This document shows, one piece after another, positions 14,012 through 28,528 of a stretch of DNA of 64,000 nt. Under the pieces are notes generated by a model. That model was not told the origin of the DNA and made no database searches. It was given only the letters and a program-made list of their open reading frames with translations. This DNA comes from Paraspadella gotoi (taxonomy: Eukaryota; Animalia; Chaetognatha): NCBI GenBank assembly GCA_051294375.1, contig CM119264.1, positions 21,547,582 through 21,611,581 of the forward strand, read 5' to 3'. A program made the translations under genes and the position numbers. How positions within the stretch are numbered: the first letter of the stretch is position 1; each line of letters opens with the position of its first letter.

Positions 14012-14594
14012 TGCGGCACTGCACTCTGAGGACAACTGAGGTTGCCGGCACTGTTTTGAATTTAAATTAAAATTATGAAACGATTAATTTTAATTGGAAA
14101 TTGGTGACCTAATTATAATTTGCGCACCTTTCAAGAGGATGATAGACTGATCCGTTACACTTACTACTTTGGGGTTAGAAAAAGGAAGATTTTCCGTCGA
14201 TATGTGAAAAGATATCGAAAATTGATGAATGAATGAACGATTTCAGGACCGTGAATGACTTCCAAATTTGCGTAGAAATGTTTGTTTGATGTTTGTTTAC
14301 ATATTGGTCCCCAATATATAGGTATATAATTAATTTTACATTTTATTCTCGAACTGTTTGGCCGGCAGTTTCGACTTATTTTCAAAACAATTTTATTTTT
14401 GTTACGTTTTTTCATATTAGATGCAGCGCAGATTTATTTTTGTCCTTAATTTACTTTTCCCCAATTTAGCTATATGTGATCAATTGTAATACCGTTATAA
14501 CTATTAAGATTATTTGTACTACTGCCTTACATGTGATCATTTGTACTCACTGTTTAGCTTACTCATCTATTTGCTATTTAACAAAATTTGTTTT

Positions 14595-14604
14595 GGGGGG
14601 GAGA
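14595..14604 (+). promoter_or_regulatory. Polypurine tract
   Basis: GGGGGGGAGA immediately before the 3' LTR TG. Confidence 0.85.
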
Positions 14605-14966
14605 TGTTAGTTATATTTTAATTGGCCTCCAATTTAGTAATTAACTTTCTTTCAAATTTTGTCTCTTTAAATTTTCTCAGTTCTAAAGTTTAATATTTCA
14701 TAGATTCCCAGGAACTCGGCGCCTATTTTGTAAACATTTTGTCTAAGTAGAATAAACAAAGGAAGAGAGACGAGAGGGAGGCCGAGATTTTAGTACATTC
14801 CATTTTTAGATCTCAAGGGAGTAAGACGCAATATTTTATCACTGTTTAATTTTCTAATACAACTTTGGCAATCTACAATTATTTAAGTTAACTTCAAAAA
14901 CTAATTAGACAGATTATGCATAATCCAGCTCTCTATCCGTCATCTAATGAGGGTCCGCTACCGACA
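14605..14966 (+). repeat. 3' LTR (362 bp)
   Basis: Colinear with 5254-5624, ends ACCGACA followed by TSD TTAG. Confidence 0.93.
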
Positions 14967-14970
14967 TTAG

Positions 14971-17900
14971 AAACAAAGAAACACGCTTTTTCCAATGTAA
15001 AAAGAGATAAAAACGTAGAAAACACCGGCAAACGATATTTTCAATGTAAAAAGAAATAAAAACGTTAAAAACTTCGGCAAACAACTTTTTTAATATAAAA
15101 AGAGATAAAAAGGTTAAAAACATTGAAAAAGGACTTTTCCAATGTAAAAAGAGATAAAAACGTTAAATACACTGGCAGACGACATCTCCTATGTAAAAAG
15201 AGATAAAAACGTTAAAAACACTAGCAAACTTCTATTCCAATATAAAAAGAGATAAAAACTTTTAAAAAAAGGGGCAAACGATTTTTCCAATGTAAAGAAG
15301 ATAAAAAACACCGACAAACGACTTTTCCAATGTAAAAAGAGATAAAAACGTTAAATACACCGGCAGACGACATTTCCAATGTAAAAAGAGATAAAAACGT
15401 TGAAAACACTAGCAAACTTCTTTTCCAAAATAAAAAAAGATAAAATCTTTTAAAAAACCGGCAAACGATTTTTCCAAAGTAAAAAGACCAAAAAAAAACC
15501 GATAAACGACTTTTCTAATGTAAAAAGAGATAAAAACGTTAATTACACCGGAAGACGACATTTCCTATGTAAAAAGAGATAAAAACGTTAAAAACACCAG
15601 CAAACGACTTTTTCAAAGAGATAAAAACTTTAAAAACAAAAAAATCCCGCTTTTTCCAACGTAAAAAGAGATAAAAACGTTAAAAACTTTTCCAATAAAA
15701 AAAAATAAAACCCTTGAAAAACCCGTCAAAAAAAAGCTAAAAACGTTAAAAACATCAAAAAAAAACTTTTCTTTTGTAAATAGAGAAGAAAACGTTAAAA
15801 ACTTCGGCAAACAACTTTTCCAATATAAAAAGAGATAAAAACTTTAAAAAAACCGGCAAACGATTTTTTCCAATTCAAAAAGAGATAAAAAACAACGATA
15901 AACGACTTTTCTAATGTAAAAAGAAATAAAAACGTTAAATACACCCGCAGACGACATTTCCTATCTAAAAAGAGATAAAAACGTAAAAAACACTAGCAAA
16001 CTTCTTTTCCAATTTAAAAACACCAGAAAACGACTTTTCTAATGGAAAAAGAGTTAAAAACGTTAAAAACACCGAAAAACGTCTTTTCCATTGTAAAAAA
16101 GGATAAAAAGGTTGAAAACACCAGAAAACAACTTCTTCAATGTAAAAGGAGGTAAAAACTTTAAAAACAAAGAAAAACGCTTTTTCCAATGTAAAAAGAG
16201 ATAAAACGTAGAAAACACCGGAAAACGATATTTTCAAAGAAAAAAGAAATAAAAACGTTAAAAACTTCTGCAACCAACATCATTGAGGTTGTTAAAATTG
16301 GGTGAGGACAGTTATTAAATATGTTTTTTTTACTTTTATCAAAACAAACAAATTTCCTCTTTTTTATTTTTGTGTCTCCTCTCTCTCTTTTCTCTTTTAA
16401 TTATATGTAGCTTTCTCTCACTCTTAAGAGATAAAAACGTTAAAAACACCAGAAAACGACTTTTCCTTTGTAAAAAGAAATGAAAACGTTAAAAATAACA
16501 GAAAACGATTTTTTCCAATGTAAAAAGAAATAAATGCGTTAAAAACAGCGACAAACGACTTTTCCAATATAAAAAGAGATAAAAACTTTAGAAACAAAGA
16601 AAAACGCTTTTTCCAATAGAAAAAGAGATAAAAGCGTAGAAAACACCGGCAAACGATATTTTCAATGAAAATAGAAATAAAAACGTTAAAAACTTCGGAC
16701 AACAACTTTTTCAATATAAAAAGATATAAAAAGGTTAAAAACATCGACAAACGACTTTTCCAATGTAAAAAGAGATAAAAACGTTAAATACACCGGCAGA
16801 CGACATTTCCAATGTAAAAAGAAATAAAAACGTTAAAAACACTAGCAAACTTCTTTTCCAATATAAAAAGAGATAAAAACTTTAAAAAAACCGGCAAACG
16901 ATTTTTCCAATGTTAAAAGAGATAAAAAAAACCGATAAACGACTTTTCTAATGTAAAAAGAGATAAAAACATTAAATACACCTGCAAACGACTTTTTTAA
17001 AGAGATAAAAACTTTAAAAACAAAGAAAAACGCTTTTTCCAATGTAAAAAGAGATAAAAACGTTAAAAACTTTGGCAAACGACTTTTCCAATAAAAAAAA
17101 AATAAAACCGTTGAAAAACCCGTAAAACGACTATTCCTATGTAAAAAATACTAAAAATGTTAAAAACATCAAAAAACGACTTTTCCTTTTCCTTTTCTTA
17201 TGTAAAAAGATCTAAAAACGTTAAAAACACTGAAAAAAGACTTCTCCGTTTTCTTTTCCTATGTAAAAAGAGCTAAAAACGTTAAAAACACCAGAAAACG
17301 ACTTTTCCAATGTCAAAAGGGATAAAAACTTTAAAAACACCGAAAAAGTCTTTTCCATTGTAAAAAAGGANNNNNNNNNNNNNNNNNNNNNNNNNNNNNN
17401 NNNNNNNNNNNNNNNNNNNNNNNNNNNNNNNNNNNNNNNNNNNNNNNNNNNNNNNNNNNNNNNNNNNNNNTTTTACATTACGTTTTCAGTATTTTTAACG
17501 TTTTTAGCTCCTTTTACATTTTAAAAATTCGTTTTACAGTGTTTTTAACGTTTTCATTTTTTTACTAGGAAAAAGTCGTTTTCCAGTGTTTTTATTTCTT
17601 TTTTCTTTGAAAATATCGTTTCCGGTGTTTTCTACGTTTTTTTCTCTTTTTACATTGGAAAAAGCGTTTTTCTTTGTTCTTAAAGTTTTTATCTCTTTTT
17701 ACATTGAAAAAGTTTTTTCTGGTTTTTTCAATATTTTTATTCTTTTTTTACAATGGAAAATAATTTTTTTTCGGTGTTTTTAACGTTTTTATCTTTATTG
17801 TCATTGGAAAAGTTGTTTTCCGGTGTTTTTAACGTTTTGAGCTCTTTTTACATAGGAAAAGTCGTTTGCCGGTGTATTTAACGTTTTTATCTCTTTTTAC

Positions 17901-19540
17901 ATTGGAAAAGTTGTTTGTCGGTGTTTTTAACCTTTTTATCTCTTTTTATATTTCAAAAAATGTTTGCCGAAGTTTTTAACGTTTTTATTTCTTTTTACTT
18001 TGAAAAATCGTATGCCGGTGTTTTCTACGTTTTTATCTCTTTTTACATTGGAAAAAGCATTTTTCTTTGTTTTTAAAGTTTTTATCTCTTTGAAAAATCG
18101 TTTGCTGGTGTTTTTAAGGTTTATATCGCTTTTTACATAGGAAATGTCGTCTGCCGGTGTATTTAACGTTGTTATCTCTTTTTACATTGGAAAAGTCGTT
18201 TTACAGTGTTTTTAACGTTTTCATTTTTTTTACTAGGAAAAAGTCGTTTTCTGGTGTTTTTAACGTTTTTATCTTTTTATACAATCAAAAAGTTGTTTGC
18301 CGGTGTTTTTAACCTTTTTATCTATTTTTATATTGAAAAAGTGGTTTGCAGAAGTTTTTAACGTTTTTAATTCTTTTTTCTTTGAAAATATCGTTTTCCG
18401 GTGTTTTCTGCGTTTTTATCTCTTTTTACTTTGAAAAAAGCGTTTTTCTTTGATTTTAAAGTTTTTATCTNNNNNNNNNNNNNNNNNNNNNNNNNNNNNN
18501 NNNNNNNNNNNNNNNNNNNNNNNNNNNNNNNNNNNNNNNNNNNNNNNNNNNNNNNNNNNNNNNNNNNNNNAGAAAAGTCGTTTTCTGGTGTTTTTAACGT
18601 TTTTATCTTTTTATACAATCAAAAAGTTTTTTGCCGGTGTTTTTAACCTCTTTATCTTTTTTTATATTGAAAAAGTTGTTTGCAGAAGTTTTTAACGTTT
18701 TTATTTCTTTTTTCTTTGAAAATATCGTTTTCCGGTGTTCTCTACATTTTTATCTCTTTTTACCTTGGAAAAAGCGTTTTTCTTTGTTTTTAAAGTTTTT
18801 ATCTCTTTTTAGAAGAAGTTTCTGGTGTTTTCATGAGATAAAAACGATAAAAAAACCGGAAAACGACTTTTTCCTAGTAAAAAAAATGAAAACGTTAAAA
18901 ACACTGTAAAACGACTTTTCCAATGTAAAAAGAGCTAAAAACGTTAAAAACACCGAAAAACGTAATGTAAAAAGAGATCAAAACATTGAAAACACATGCA
19001 AACAACTTTTTCAATGTAAAAAGAAACAAAAACGTTAAAAACTTTGGCAAATGACTTTCCCAGCGACAATCGACCTTTTCAATTTAAAAATGGATAAAAA
19101 GTTAAAAACACTAGCAAACGACTTTTCCCTAGTAAAAAAAATGTAAACGTTAAAAACACTTGAAAACGACTTTTCCAATGCAAAAAGAGATAAAAACATT
19201 AAAAACACCAAAAAAGCACTTTTCCAATGTAAAAAGAATTAAAAACGTTAAAAACTTTGGCAAACGACTTTTCCAATAAAAAAAGAAATATAACCGTTGA
19301 AAACCCCGTCAAACGACTTTTCCTATGTAAAAAAAGCTAAAAACGTTAAAAACATCAAAAAACGACTTTTCTTTTGTAAAAAGAGATGAAAACGTTAAAA
19401 ACACCGAAAAACGACTTTTCCTTTTCATTTTCCTATGTAAAAAGAGCTAAAAACGTTAAAAACAAGGAAAAACGATTTTTTCAATGTAAAAAAAGATAAA
19501 CACATACAAAACACCGGCAAACAATATTTTCAATGTACAT
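14971..19540. repeat. Continuation of the ~49-bp satellite; A-rich 14971-17370, T-rich (inverted) 17471-~18830, A-rich ~18835-19540; two 100-N gaps
   Basis: Same monomer motifs as 1-5225; ~18840-19380 is a reverse-complement relative of ~4591-5140. Confidence 0.95.
16272..16424 (-). mobile_element. Short fragment of the HINE-like element embedded in the satellite
   Basis: ttaaaattgggtgaggacagttattaaatat...ttttatcaaaacaaacaaa matches the reverse complement of ~8636-8712. Confidence 0.7.
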
Positions 19541-19592
19541 GCTCGTCTAACCCTAACCCAAGTACGAAATAATCCTTTTCTCTCTCTCTCTT

Positions 19593-19635
<43 letters not shown>

Positions 19636-19700
19636 ATTTTTTTTTTCTCTATATTTTTTTTCTCTCTATTCCTTGTTCTTTTCTGTGCCAAGTTACTTAC

Positions 19701-20376
19701 CAAATGGCCACTTGCCCTTCTCTATTTTTTTTAGTTTTTGTGTGAGGAGACGCGTCGTCGGCCGACGAGTCATCGACAGAAATGTCGGCCATTGTGAGAA
19801 AAGGCGGGCGACGCGCTCTCGTTGCATACTGCGGTCGGCTTAAAGGTCGCCATATTTGTCGGGTTTGGAGGTGATGCCATCGACGATAACTTGATGATTG
19901 ATCGGTAACTTGATGATTGATCGGTAATAAGAATATAAGAAATAAGAAATATGAAAGAAAAAAAAACATGGAATCTGGTTAAAAAAGCGCGAAAACTTTG
20001 TTCCTGTTAACCGTTTATACAACCGATCATTTGTCTTTATTTAAACTCTCAACTCCACTCTCGGTTGATTTCCTTGAACCGATTACACCTTTCACACTTT
20101 CCCATCGAATGTCCTTGGCCCCAACCTTTTTCGCGGTTCTTGCCAACCGTCCCGCCAACTTTCAGCCCTTCCCTCCCTCCCTTCTTCAAATCCCATCTCA
20201 ACCCGTCCCCCGCGTCCCGTCTCGCTTTTGAAATCTCTGGGTCAACTTCTGGCCTTTTTCTATCAGGCGCCATGTTTATTAATTGACTCATTGCGAGTCT
20301 TCGTGAAAAGAGTTCATGGGAGAGAGGGACGACGACGTTGATGGCGACGACGACGACGACGAAAATGAAGACGATC
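19701..20376 (-). other. Probable 5' exons of an unidentified minus-strand gene continuing left of the window
   Basis: GC-rich blocks; acceptor tttttcccttttcatag at ~20377; consensus donor TG|GTAAGT at 19701/19700 after MADISVDDSSADDASPHTKTKKNREGQVAI; no recognisable domain. Confidence 0.4.
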
Positions 20377-20733
20377 TATGAAAAGGGAAAAAAATGTTTT
20401 CGCAAAAAACTTTGAAACCTTCGATTGCAAAAAATATGACACTTGACAAGATTATATAGTTAAGACTCGAGAAAAAGAAATGACTTATACTCTCAGTCCT
20501 GATTTAAGACAAATAATTTAATATGTCCTTAATTAAAGAAAACAGGAAACTTAATTTAATTCAATTAAATTTCAAATAAAAATTTTAAATATTCGGCCAT
20601 AAAAGTTTTCGATTTAAAAAAAAAAACGTTCAAAGTCGATAAAAATAAGAGGAGAAAACGTTTAAAATTAAGTCCTTTTGCCATTCAATTTATTCCTTTT
20701 ATTTTTAAACGCTAGCTTCCGAACGCGACTCTG

Positions 20734-20800
<67 letters not shown>

Positions 20801-23800
20801 CTCAGCCTCGGACCAAGATTGCCAGTCAGCAGCATCATATCTCCTTTCCTCCCCGGTGGCCCTAATTAACTCGCCTGCGTTGCCATGTGCGACTCTGATT
20901 ACATTGACTCCTTTTTCTCTTTCTCTCTCTCTCCTCTCGGCAAAAGAAAAAGAGAAACTCCCTGTATAAAAAAGAAGTAGAGAGAGAAAAGGGGGAAAAA
21001 AATGATAAAAACAGAATTTCTTGATTAAATTCCAGCGAGAAGTAACTTTGCCGCCTTCGAAAGTCGTTGTCGTCTTCGTCCGCGGAGAGAGTCGACTTTT
21101 CCACGTTTGAAGCTTTTTAATCGCGAGAGTCGTTACAATTTTACGCTTCATCGATTTTATCCGCGATATATCCGAGCGTATAAAGTACGAACGGTTTTGG
21201 TATAATCACCCAAAAAATGGTTAATTTAATATTTAAGTTTTCCGTATTGTTTTAACGGGATTTTGACGTCCCTGAGCCGAACAAAAGGAGAAAATTTTCC
21301 ACTCAAATCTGACCCGACAGGAAATTAGTCTTTTTTACGGCAACTCGCCCAAAATGAAGAGAGTTTCCATTTCTAACTCACGCGAAATCCTCAGGTAATA
21401 GAGAAAGAAGGAAGACGAGTATCGAGATCATGACGTTTATATTTTATAGTTAAAGCATCACGCCTTTATAGTTTTGCCTCTGCCTAATCTTTAATGGAAA
21501 TTATCTTGGCCTCCACAGATAATGAGATATCATATTGTTACAAAACAATTGACGAATACAGTATTTGTAGTTGTTTTCTTGTACNNNNNNNNNNAGCTGA
21601 GATAAGTAAAAAGAAAGGATATTTTATTTTTTACGTAAAAACAAATAATCGTGTCAATAGTTGACAGTGATAATCGATTTTGATGTCACAGTATAGTTTT
21701 TGAAATTTATAGGGAAAAAAATGTTAATTTTGAGCTTTTGGATCTTTGCTGTAATCGGTTCGAGTCCCAAAGATCAAGGTTGAAACCTTCTAAGGGTCAA
21801 ACGCTGCACCAGCGTCACTCAGAGCTTTTCTCCACGTTGATTCCACAGTGAGTCTCCTAAAAGGTGATGCAACGACCATCGGCGGTCCCGTCGCCGTTTC
21901 TTAGCCCCGCTTCATTTCCCCCCTCTCTCTCCGATGGGTGCACCAAAAGGGGCTGCCTCACACCCGCCCCGATGGGCCCCGTTCTCGAGGCCTCGAAATT
22001 GTTGGCGTCTCATCTTTCGGTCTCCGCCCAGCGGGTCGAGAAGAAGGCAAAGGTCGGCGACGCGAGAGGCAGAACCTAAACGCTCTCATGATTAACTGGC
22101 GGGAGAGAGGGAGGGAGGGAGGTGGGGAGAGGTGAAAGAGGGATCAAGGGAGGGAGAGGGGGAGAAGTGGAGTATCGGAGGGGGGATAGGTCAAAAAGGG
22201 AAAGGAAGGGGATGAAAATGAAAGACAAACCCAATGTTTCACATAGACCCGCGCATAAAAGAATTAAAGGTAGAAAAAGATTTCAATCCCTCGTTACGCC
22301 AATTTCCACCAACATTTTCGACATAATCTTAACATTCAGAAAAACAGCCCCGAAACTAAAAAGCGTAGGCCCAGGAATGTGGCTAGCTGCAGCCGCTGAA
22401 TGATAAGTTGTAGCTGATGAAAGTGTTGAGGGGGAAGATCGAAGATGAGGATGAGGCGGATCGTGAACTGGGAGAGAATCCTCACTCCTCACGGTGAAAA
22501 CTGAAAGCGAAGCTCGAAGATCGGACGTTGAAGGATCTTTTTAGTTTCGACCTAACATTTTTTGCCGGGAGTAGCGAGGACCCTTGCTCGACTTTTCTCA
22601 TCCCATCTCATATCATCCTTTCGCCGATTTTTTAAACATTTTTTCAGATGCTTGGTTAAAAAAACATTTTTTTTTAATTCAACGCCTTCATTTGGTCTCT
22701 TCCTAAAAGCCTTTTAAATTATTTTTTTAAAATTAGAAATGGAAATGAAATAAGTACTACTCAGTTAAAATTTAACGATAATTATTACTTAAAAGTTTTA
22801 TATATCTGTTCCTCAATGGGTTGAGAGGAAAAAATCCGTAAATATTCATAATTATTAATTATCAACTCTTACTGCCAGAAGTAAATATCCAAACATGATG
22901 CAAATACCCGATCCTAAAATTAAGTAAATATCCGCCCAAAAAATATGAAAATATCCCCAACTGTAACTTGTACAGAAATGATAAAACGTCGCGAAATAAA
23001 AAGAATTGTGTTCGTCTCTTCCGATGCATTAAAGAGAGAGGAAGAAGCGGAAACCAGTTTATGCGTTTTTTGTGTGAGCGAAATTTTGGGCTCCGCCCTC
23101 CGTCGCTGTTTATAAGGGTTTCGTATGATTGCCCTTTATTATCTGTGCAAATAGAAAAAAAAAATCGAGATATTTTAGATTTTCGTCGTCATTTTTCTAT
23201 CGATTGCCGTTTAATTTTTGTTTATTTTAAGAATTATAAATATTTCCTTTTTTAGGTATAAAAATAATAAATGTGTATCTTGTATAAAATGGACTACTCA
23301 GATGATTTGCCCAAAGTATATAAATACGTACAACGAAGCGAAAAGATACCCCTTATCATATAAAGATTGTAACAATAATGAAAAATTGTTTGTCCTAATT
23401 CCGTTTTTTTGGTTCTTTTTCTCTGCTAAATAAATTCCTTATCTGCTGCTCGGGAAATTGCTATTTAACTTTCGGAAACAATTTTTATTCGCCGGTCGAT
23501 GACATGAAATGGGAGAAATAAATTTAATATATATAAACCCCTCCAAAAAAATAATATCTCTCCAATTTTTTGTAAATTATCAAGAAAATAGAAAATTCTT
23601 TACATTACTTCTGAGAATGGCTAAGAGGCTTCTCGCGATCTCAAACAGGCTTCCTCGTTTTGAGCTCTGGCCTTTGAAAAACTCTCGCTGAAGCCAGACG
23701 GGCCGGGGTTGGGCCCCACTTCAGGGCCAAACTAAGCTCCAAACATCGAATTTTGAGTGACTCTGCCTCCCAATCGATTTTCTTTTCGTTTGGATATTTG

Positions 23801-24331
23801 ATTCTTTTCCTATGTTAATTCCTTCTTTTCTATACTTTTTCACTCTTTTTATTTGGATTCCGTCTTATTTGAACGAAAAAATTTTTTTCTGAAATAAAAG
23901 AAACAATTTGACAGTAAAAACGATAAAAAGATAGAACGAAAAAAGAAACAATTTGACATTCAAACGATAAATGAGCATTGAGCAAGACTAAAGATGAAGA
24001 AATTTTCTTTTCGAAAGGTATAAACTAGTTTGATTTTAAATTAAATAATCATTTAATTTTTTTAATTCTAATTAAAACCAGACAATATAAACCAAAAGGT
24101 AAACAATATTTTTAAATTCCCGAAAGCATTAAAGTGAAGATTTTTGCTTGCGTCAGAATTAGTAATGAACGAAATCGGATTTTATGTTTCTCGCTGTCTT
24201 CTTTACTGAGTTTTAACACTTGCATTCTTTCTTTTTTTTTTTGTAATTTCTTCTTCTCTTTTTTCTCTCTAAAAGCAACTCATTGAAACTCGAAATCAAA
24301 GATAGGTTGCAGGACTGGATAATCATCATAC

Positions 24332-24367
<36 letters not shown>

Positions 24368-24547
24368 CCTCTCTCTCGCCAATAACCCGTTAATGGGCGG
24401 GAACCAATTTTTGACAGAAACGATTTTTCATTTAAAGTCGCTATTTGTTCCTCGACAATAATTGCATCGCTTGCTTAAAACAGAGGCGTTTTTTTTTTCG
24501 TTAAAATATTCTTTTGATTCGTAAGGAAAGTCTCATTTCTCAACAGC

Positions 24548-26523
24548 ATGAAAATCAAGGCAGTCACGGTCAACGATGACGGACATTCTATTTGCAGTAG
24601 ATCTGAGGATAGCCTCAACGAAAACGTTCGAATCTCCGTTCTGCGAATATCGGAAGCTGCAGACGAAAACTTGGACGCTTCATCGGTCAAAAGCCATCGG
24701 ACAACATCGATTGCCAGCTCGCTCGTTGCATCATTTACAGACAAGCGGCAAATCTTTAAGCCCAAACTATCTTCATTTTCGATCACAATCCTTCTTCTCG
24801 TCCTTGTGATTGTTCAGCGAAGCGTCGCCGTCTCCCCCACGACCTCCTCCACCGGGGATGCCCTGTCCATCCCCTCGACTATCGCCTCCACCCCTTCTAC
24901 CCCTCCCTCCGCCCCCGTAGACTTTTACTCTTTCACCGTCAAAACCCCAGGGGGTCGCTCCTTCCCGCTCTCCAAATTTCGCGGGAAACTGACCCTGGCG
25001 GTCAACGTGGCCAGCGAATGCGGCTACACCGACGATCACTACCACGAGATGGTGGAGACGAGCACCATTTTTAAAGGTGAGGGGGGGTTGGGAGCTGGAT
25101 GAGCCGTTGAGAGTAAACAAGGGAGTTGGACTAGACGGAAAGGGGGACGTGAGATTAGTGAGAAACCCATTTGAATATTCGCTGAAAATAACATATTTAT
25201 AGTTCAATTTGAATACTTAAGTTTCTAAGTTAACATTTTATGGCCAATCTAAACCCGTTTTCCTCTTTTATGCATGAACAGACAGTTTGATTGGTTTTTT
25301 CCCTTTCACTAAATTCACCGAATTTTGCGTCTTTTTTATGGCCTCTGATGCTATTTCTAATTATCTATAATTTATTTATTTATGACACTCCTCAAAAATT
25401 ATACATAGTTTATTTCGAGTCTGTAGTTTTGTAGTTATTAGTGAACGAGAAAAAATACTTAATTTCAGCACAAAATGCTGACTTGCTAAAAGGACATAAC
25501 ATATTCATAGATAAAAATAGGTTATCTTTAAATGTCTCATAAAAATAAAAATCAAAAATCGTTTTCTTTATATAAAGCGCTAATTAAGTAACTCCAATTC
25601 GCCAATTTCCTAATAATGTTCAAATATTTTGACTTTTCACGATTTCGAGTTCCTGGCTGATTTTGACCTATTTAGGTTGACCTCATCTAATTCCCTCTGA
25701 TTTGTTTCGCCATCCTCCTCATCCTCATCAATCAACTCGCCAATCCTTTCATACCCTCCCAGCTACGCCCCGCCCTTCTCAGTTCTCACTATTCTTTTTA
25801 ACCCTTTCCTGACTCCAGATTATCCCTTCGACATCCTGGCATTCCCGTGCAACCAGTTCGGAGAACAGGAGCCGGCGCCAAGCCGAATCGTCGCCAGATT
25901 CGTCAAGAGTTATTACAAAGTCAAGTTCCCCGTCTTTCACAAGATCGCCGTTAAGGGTGAGAGATAAATGGGATGGGGTGAGGACTGAGGGGTGAGGGGT
26001 GAGGAGGGAGCGCGTGAATTTTGAGAGTGAAGTTAGTTTCTGGAGGATTACTCGTTTTTGTTGTTTTAAATCGTCTTTTGACAATGTTGTGGGCTTTTTC
26101 TTTTCGTCCTCGTCATTTTTGTGGGCTTTTTCTTTTCGTCCTCGTCATTTTTACATTTATGGTAAACAATACTTTAAAGAATTATTAATTTATTTAAAAT
26201 TTTTTTTTTAAACATAATGGCATACAGAAGCAGTCGTCGTATTCTTCTGCCTAAGAGAACCTCCCTATGTCAAATGTCATCTCTATCCATCGTCGGTCAA
26301 GGTTTCCAAAGCTCATTTCGGAAATTCTTGGGCGCCCGATGTCCGTTCGTGGATAATTTGCGAGTATGAAAAAAAAGGGTGTAATCTCAATCAGTGGTCG
26401 AGGATTGAAAGGAACGAAGACAAAAGGCTGGCGCTGTTTTTCCCTCTCTTTGTTCTCTCCTCTGAGCTTAATTTCAAAAAATTCACTCATTTGTCGCCGG
26501 GACGTTGGTTTGTACAAGGGAGG

Positions 26524-26609
<86 letters not shown>

Positions 26610-26682
26610 TGGCTCGCTCGGTCCATTACTCCATTAAACAGGAACGAACAGGGCAGCGGGTTGGAAATGTTCGGAAGAGAAA

Positions 26683-26737
<55 letters not shown>

Positions 26738-27590
26738 AAAGGGGGAGGAACCCAATTTGTTTTAGTGCGTCAGAGGAAGGCAATTAGATGGTCAAGGCCT
26801 GAAGGTGGCGATTCTCGTCCCCTCTTTTCAATTTTCGGCGCCATTTTTTTTAAACGCTTCTTACTTTTTTGTCTTAAACTATCCGACATTTTAGCGTCAG
26901 GGGGAGATAGTGTTCTTGAAGGCGGGGAATTTACGACTCAGGTCTTTTGTTATTATCAAAATTTTCTGTTTCGCGTAAAGAAAAAAAAGGAATATAAAAC
27001 GAATGCACTTTGTCTGCAATTTAACTTGAAGAAAAAATAAATATAGTTCAGACTTAAACGTTTATTTTGCTGGTTTTTATTCGATTGAGCATTTTACGTC
27101 GCTGTTATTCAATAAAAATATCTGTGATGGTAGAACGAAAAATGCAAGCGCAGTATCTAGTTTTCTTAACATTATTTATAAATAAGTACAATGGGTAATT
27201 GGGTATATAGATACATAAGTAGATTCATAATAATTCCAAGGTCTAATTTTCACCAACCTTTCTCCACCACCCGCTTCCCCAGGTCCCGACGCTGACCCGG
27301 CCTTTCGCTTCCTCGTCGCCGAATCCGGCGCAGAACCGACCTGGAACTTCTGGAAATATCTCGTCGACGCGTCCGGTCACGTGATTGGCGCCTGGGGTCC
27401 CGACGTCAAGGTTTTCGATCTCTACAACGTTATTCGTGATCGTCTCGTCGGCGGGGAGGTGGGGGAGGGAGGAAGTGGGGATGGGGAGAAAGGAAAAGAG
27501 GAAGATGGAGAGTCGCCTGGAGCGGAAAGTGTAACAGACGAAAGTGGGAAAGCCATTGAGCAAAATGTTGCCGAAAGGCAAGAACTATGA
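24548..27590 (+). CDS. GPX7: Cys-type ER glutathione peroxidase, GPx7/8 family (exons 24548-25076, 25819-25956, 27283-27590)
   Basis: Motifs VNVASECGYTD, ILAFPCNQFGEQEP, PTWNFWKYLVD; GT-AG introns with consistent phase; C-terminal RQEL (KDEL-like); AATAAA at ~27594; start codon less certain. Confidence 0.92.
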
Positions 27591-28528
27591 TTGAATAAAA
27601 AAAATGTATTTACAAGTAAGCCTGCTTAGCGGCAGACGCTACCTGATATTCTGTAAATTGCCTGTACATCATTAGACGGATCTGTAATTTACTCTGTCGG
27701 TCTGTTGGTCGACGACCATCGTTTGGTCACTTAAATCATCTTAGAACTTCGAATGATGAGAAATTATGTAAAATAAAATGTCCGTTTCCTATGAAAGACG
27801 CGGAACAGAGAGGGGCGTTTCGCACGAGTAGCGTGGTGTGGCGAGGGGAGGCGAGGGGGGCGTTGAATTGAAGAGCTGTCCTTAATTCAAGAATTCAAAT
27901 GTTTAACGAAAGCAAAGTTCATATTTTATTTAAAAGAGTTTAAAACGTGCAAAATCCAATGAATCTTTCTTTCAGTTAATTCACACTCCCCAACGTTCCC
28001 TAGATCGCGTTCAGTCCAAGTGGAACCCATCTCCCTTAGCTCGATCTCTCCTCGTCCTCGAGCAAGCTCCTCCTCCTCCTACTCCCTTCAGCTGTCCTTT
28101 CTCCTCAAGCTTCGATCGTCAACGTTTCTCGTGCTAGCGGCCACGTCGTCGATGGCGGCGTCGGCGTCCCGGGACGTGCTCGGGGCGTCCTGGCCGTCCC
28201 CGTTTTTCGATAGTCCTTTCAACATGCGATCCATCGTTTATATTCGATAATTTCTTTACGCGGAGCGAATGGACTATATTGTTAACGCGGCTTGTCGAGC
28301 GGAGGCCAGGGTGGCGTCGTAATCGAGGCTAGCCACNNNNNNNNNNNNNNNNNNNNNNNNNACACCACGTAAACGTTAACGCAAGAATATCAATGTTTAC
28401 TAAAGCAATGTTTATTTTAATTCTAAACAGATGATTTGAACGAGACAAAAGGAAAGGATTTTTATTTCAAGTTTCAAGTCCAAACGCTCCTTAGATCGCG
28501 TACAGTTCGAATGCTGCCGGGAGCGAGT

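Noticed and set aside
19548-19559. Two telomere-like TAACCC units at the satellite edge
   Set aside because: Too short to distinguish from chance or a TE-internal motif.
25019-25021. Possible selenoprotein GPx
   Set aside because: The active-site codon is TGC (Cys), not TGA.
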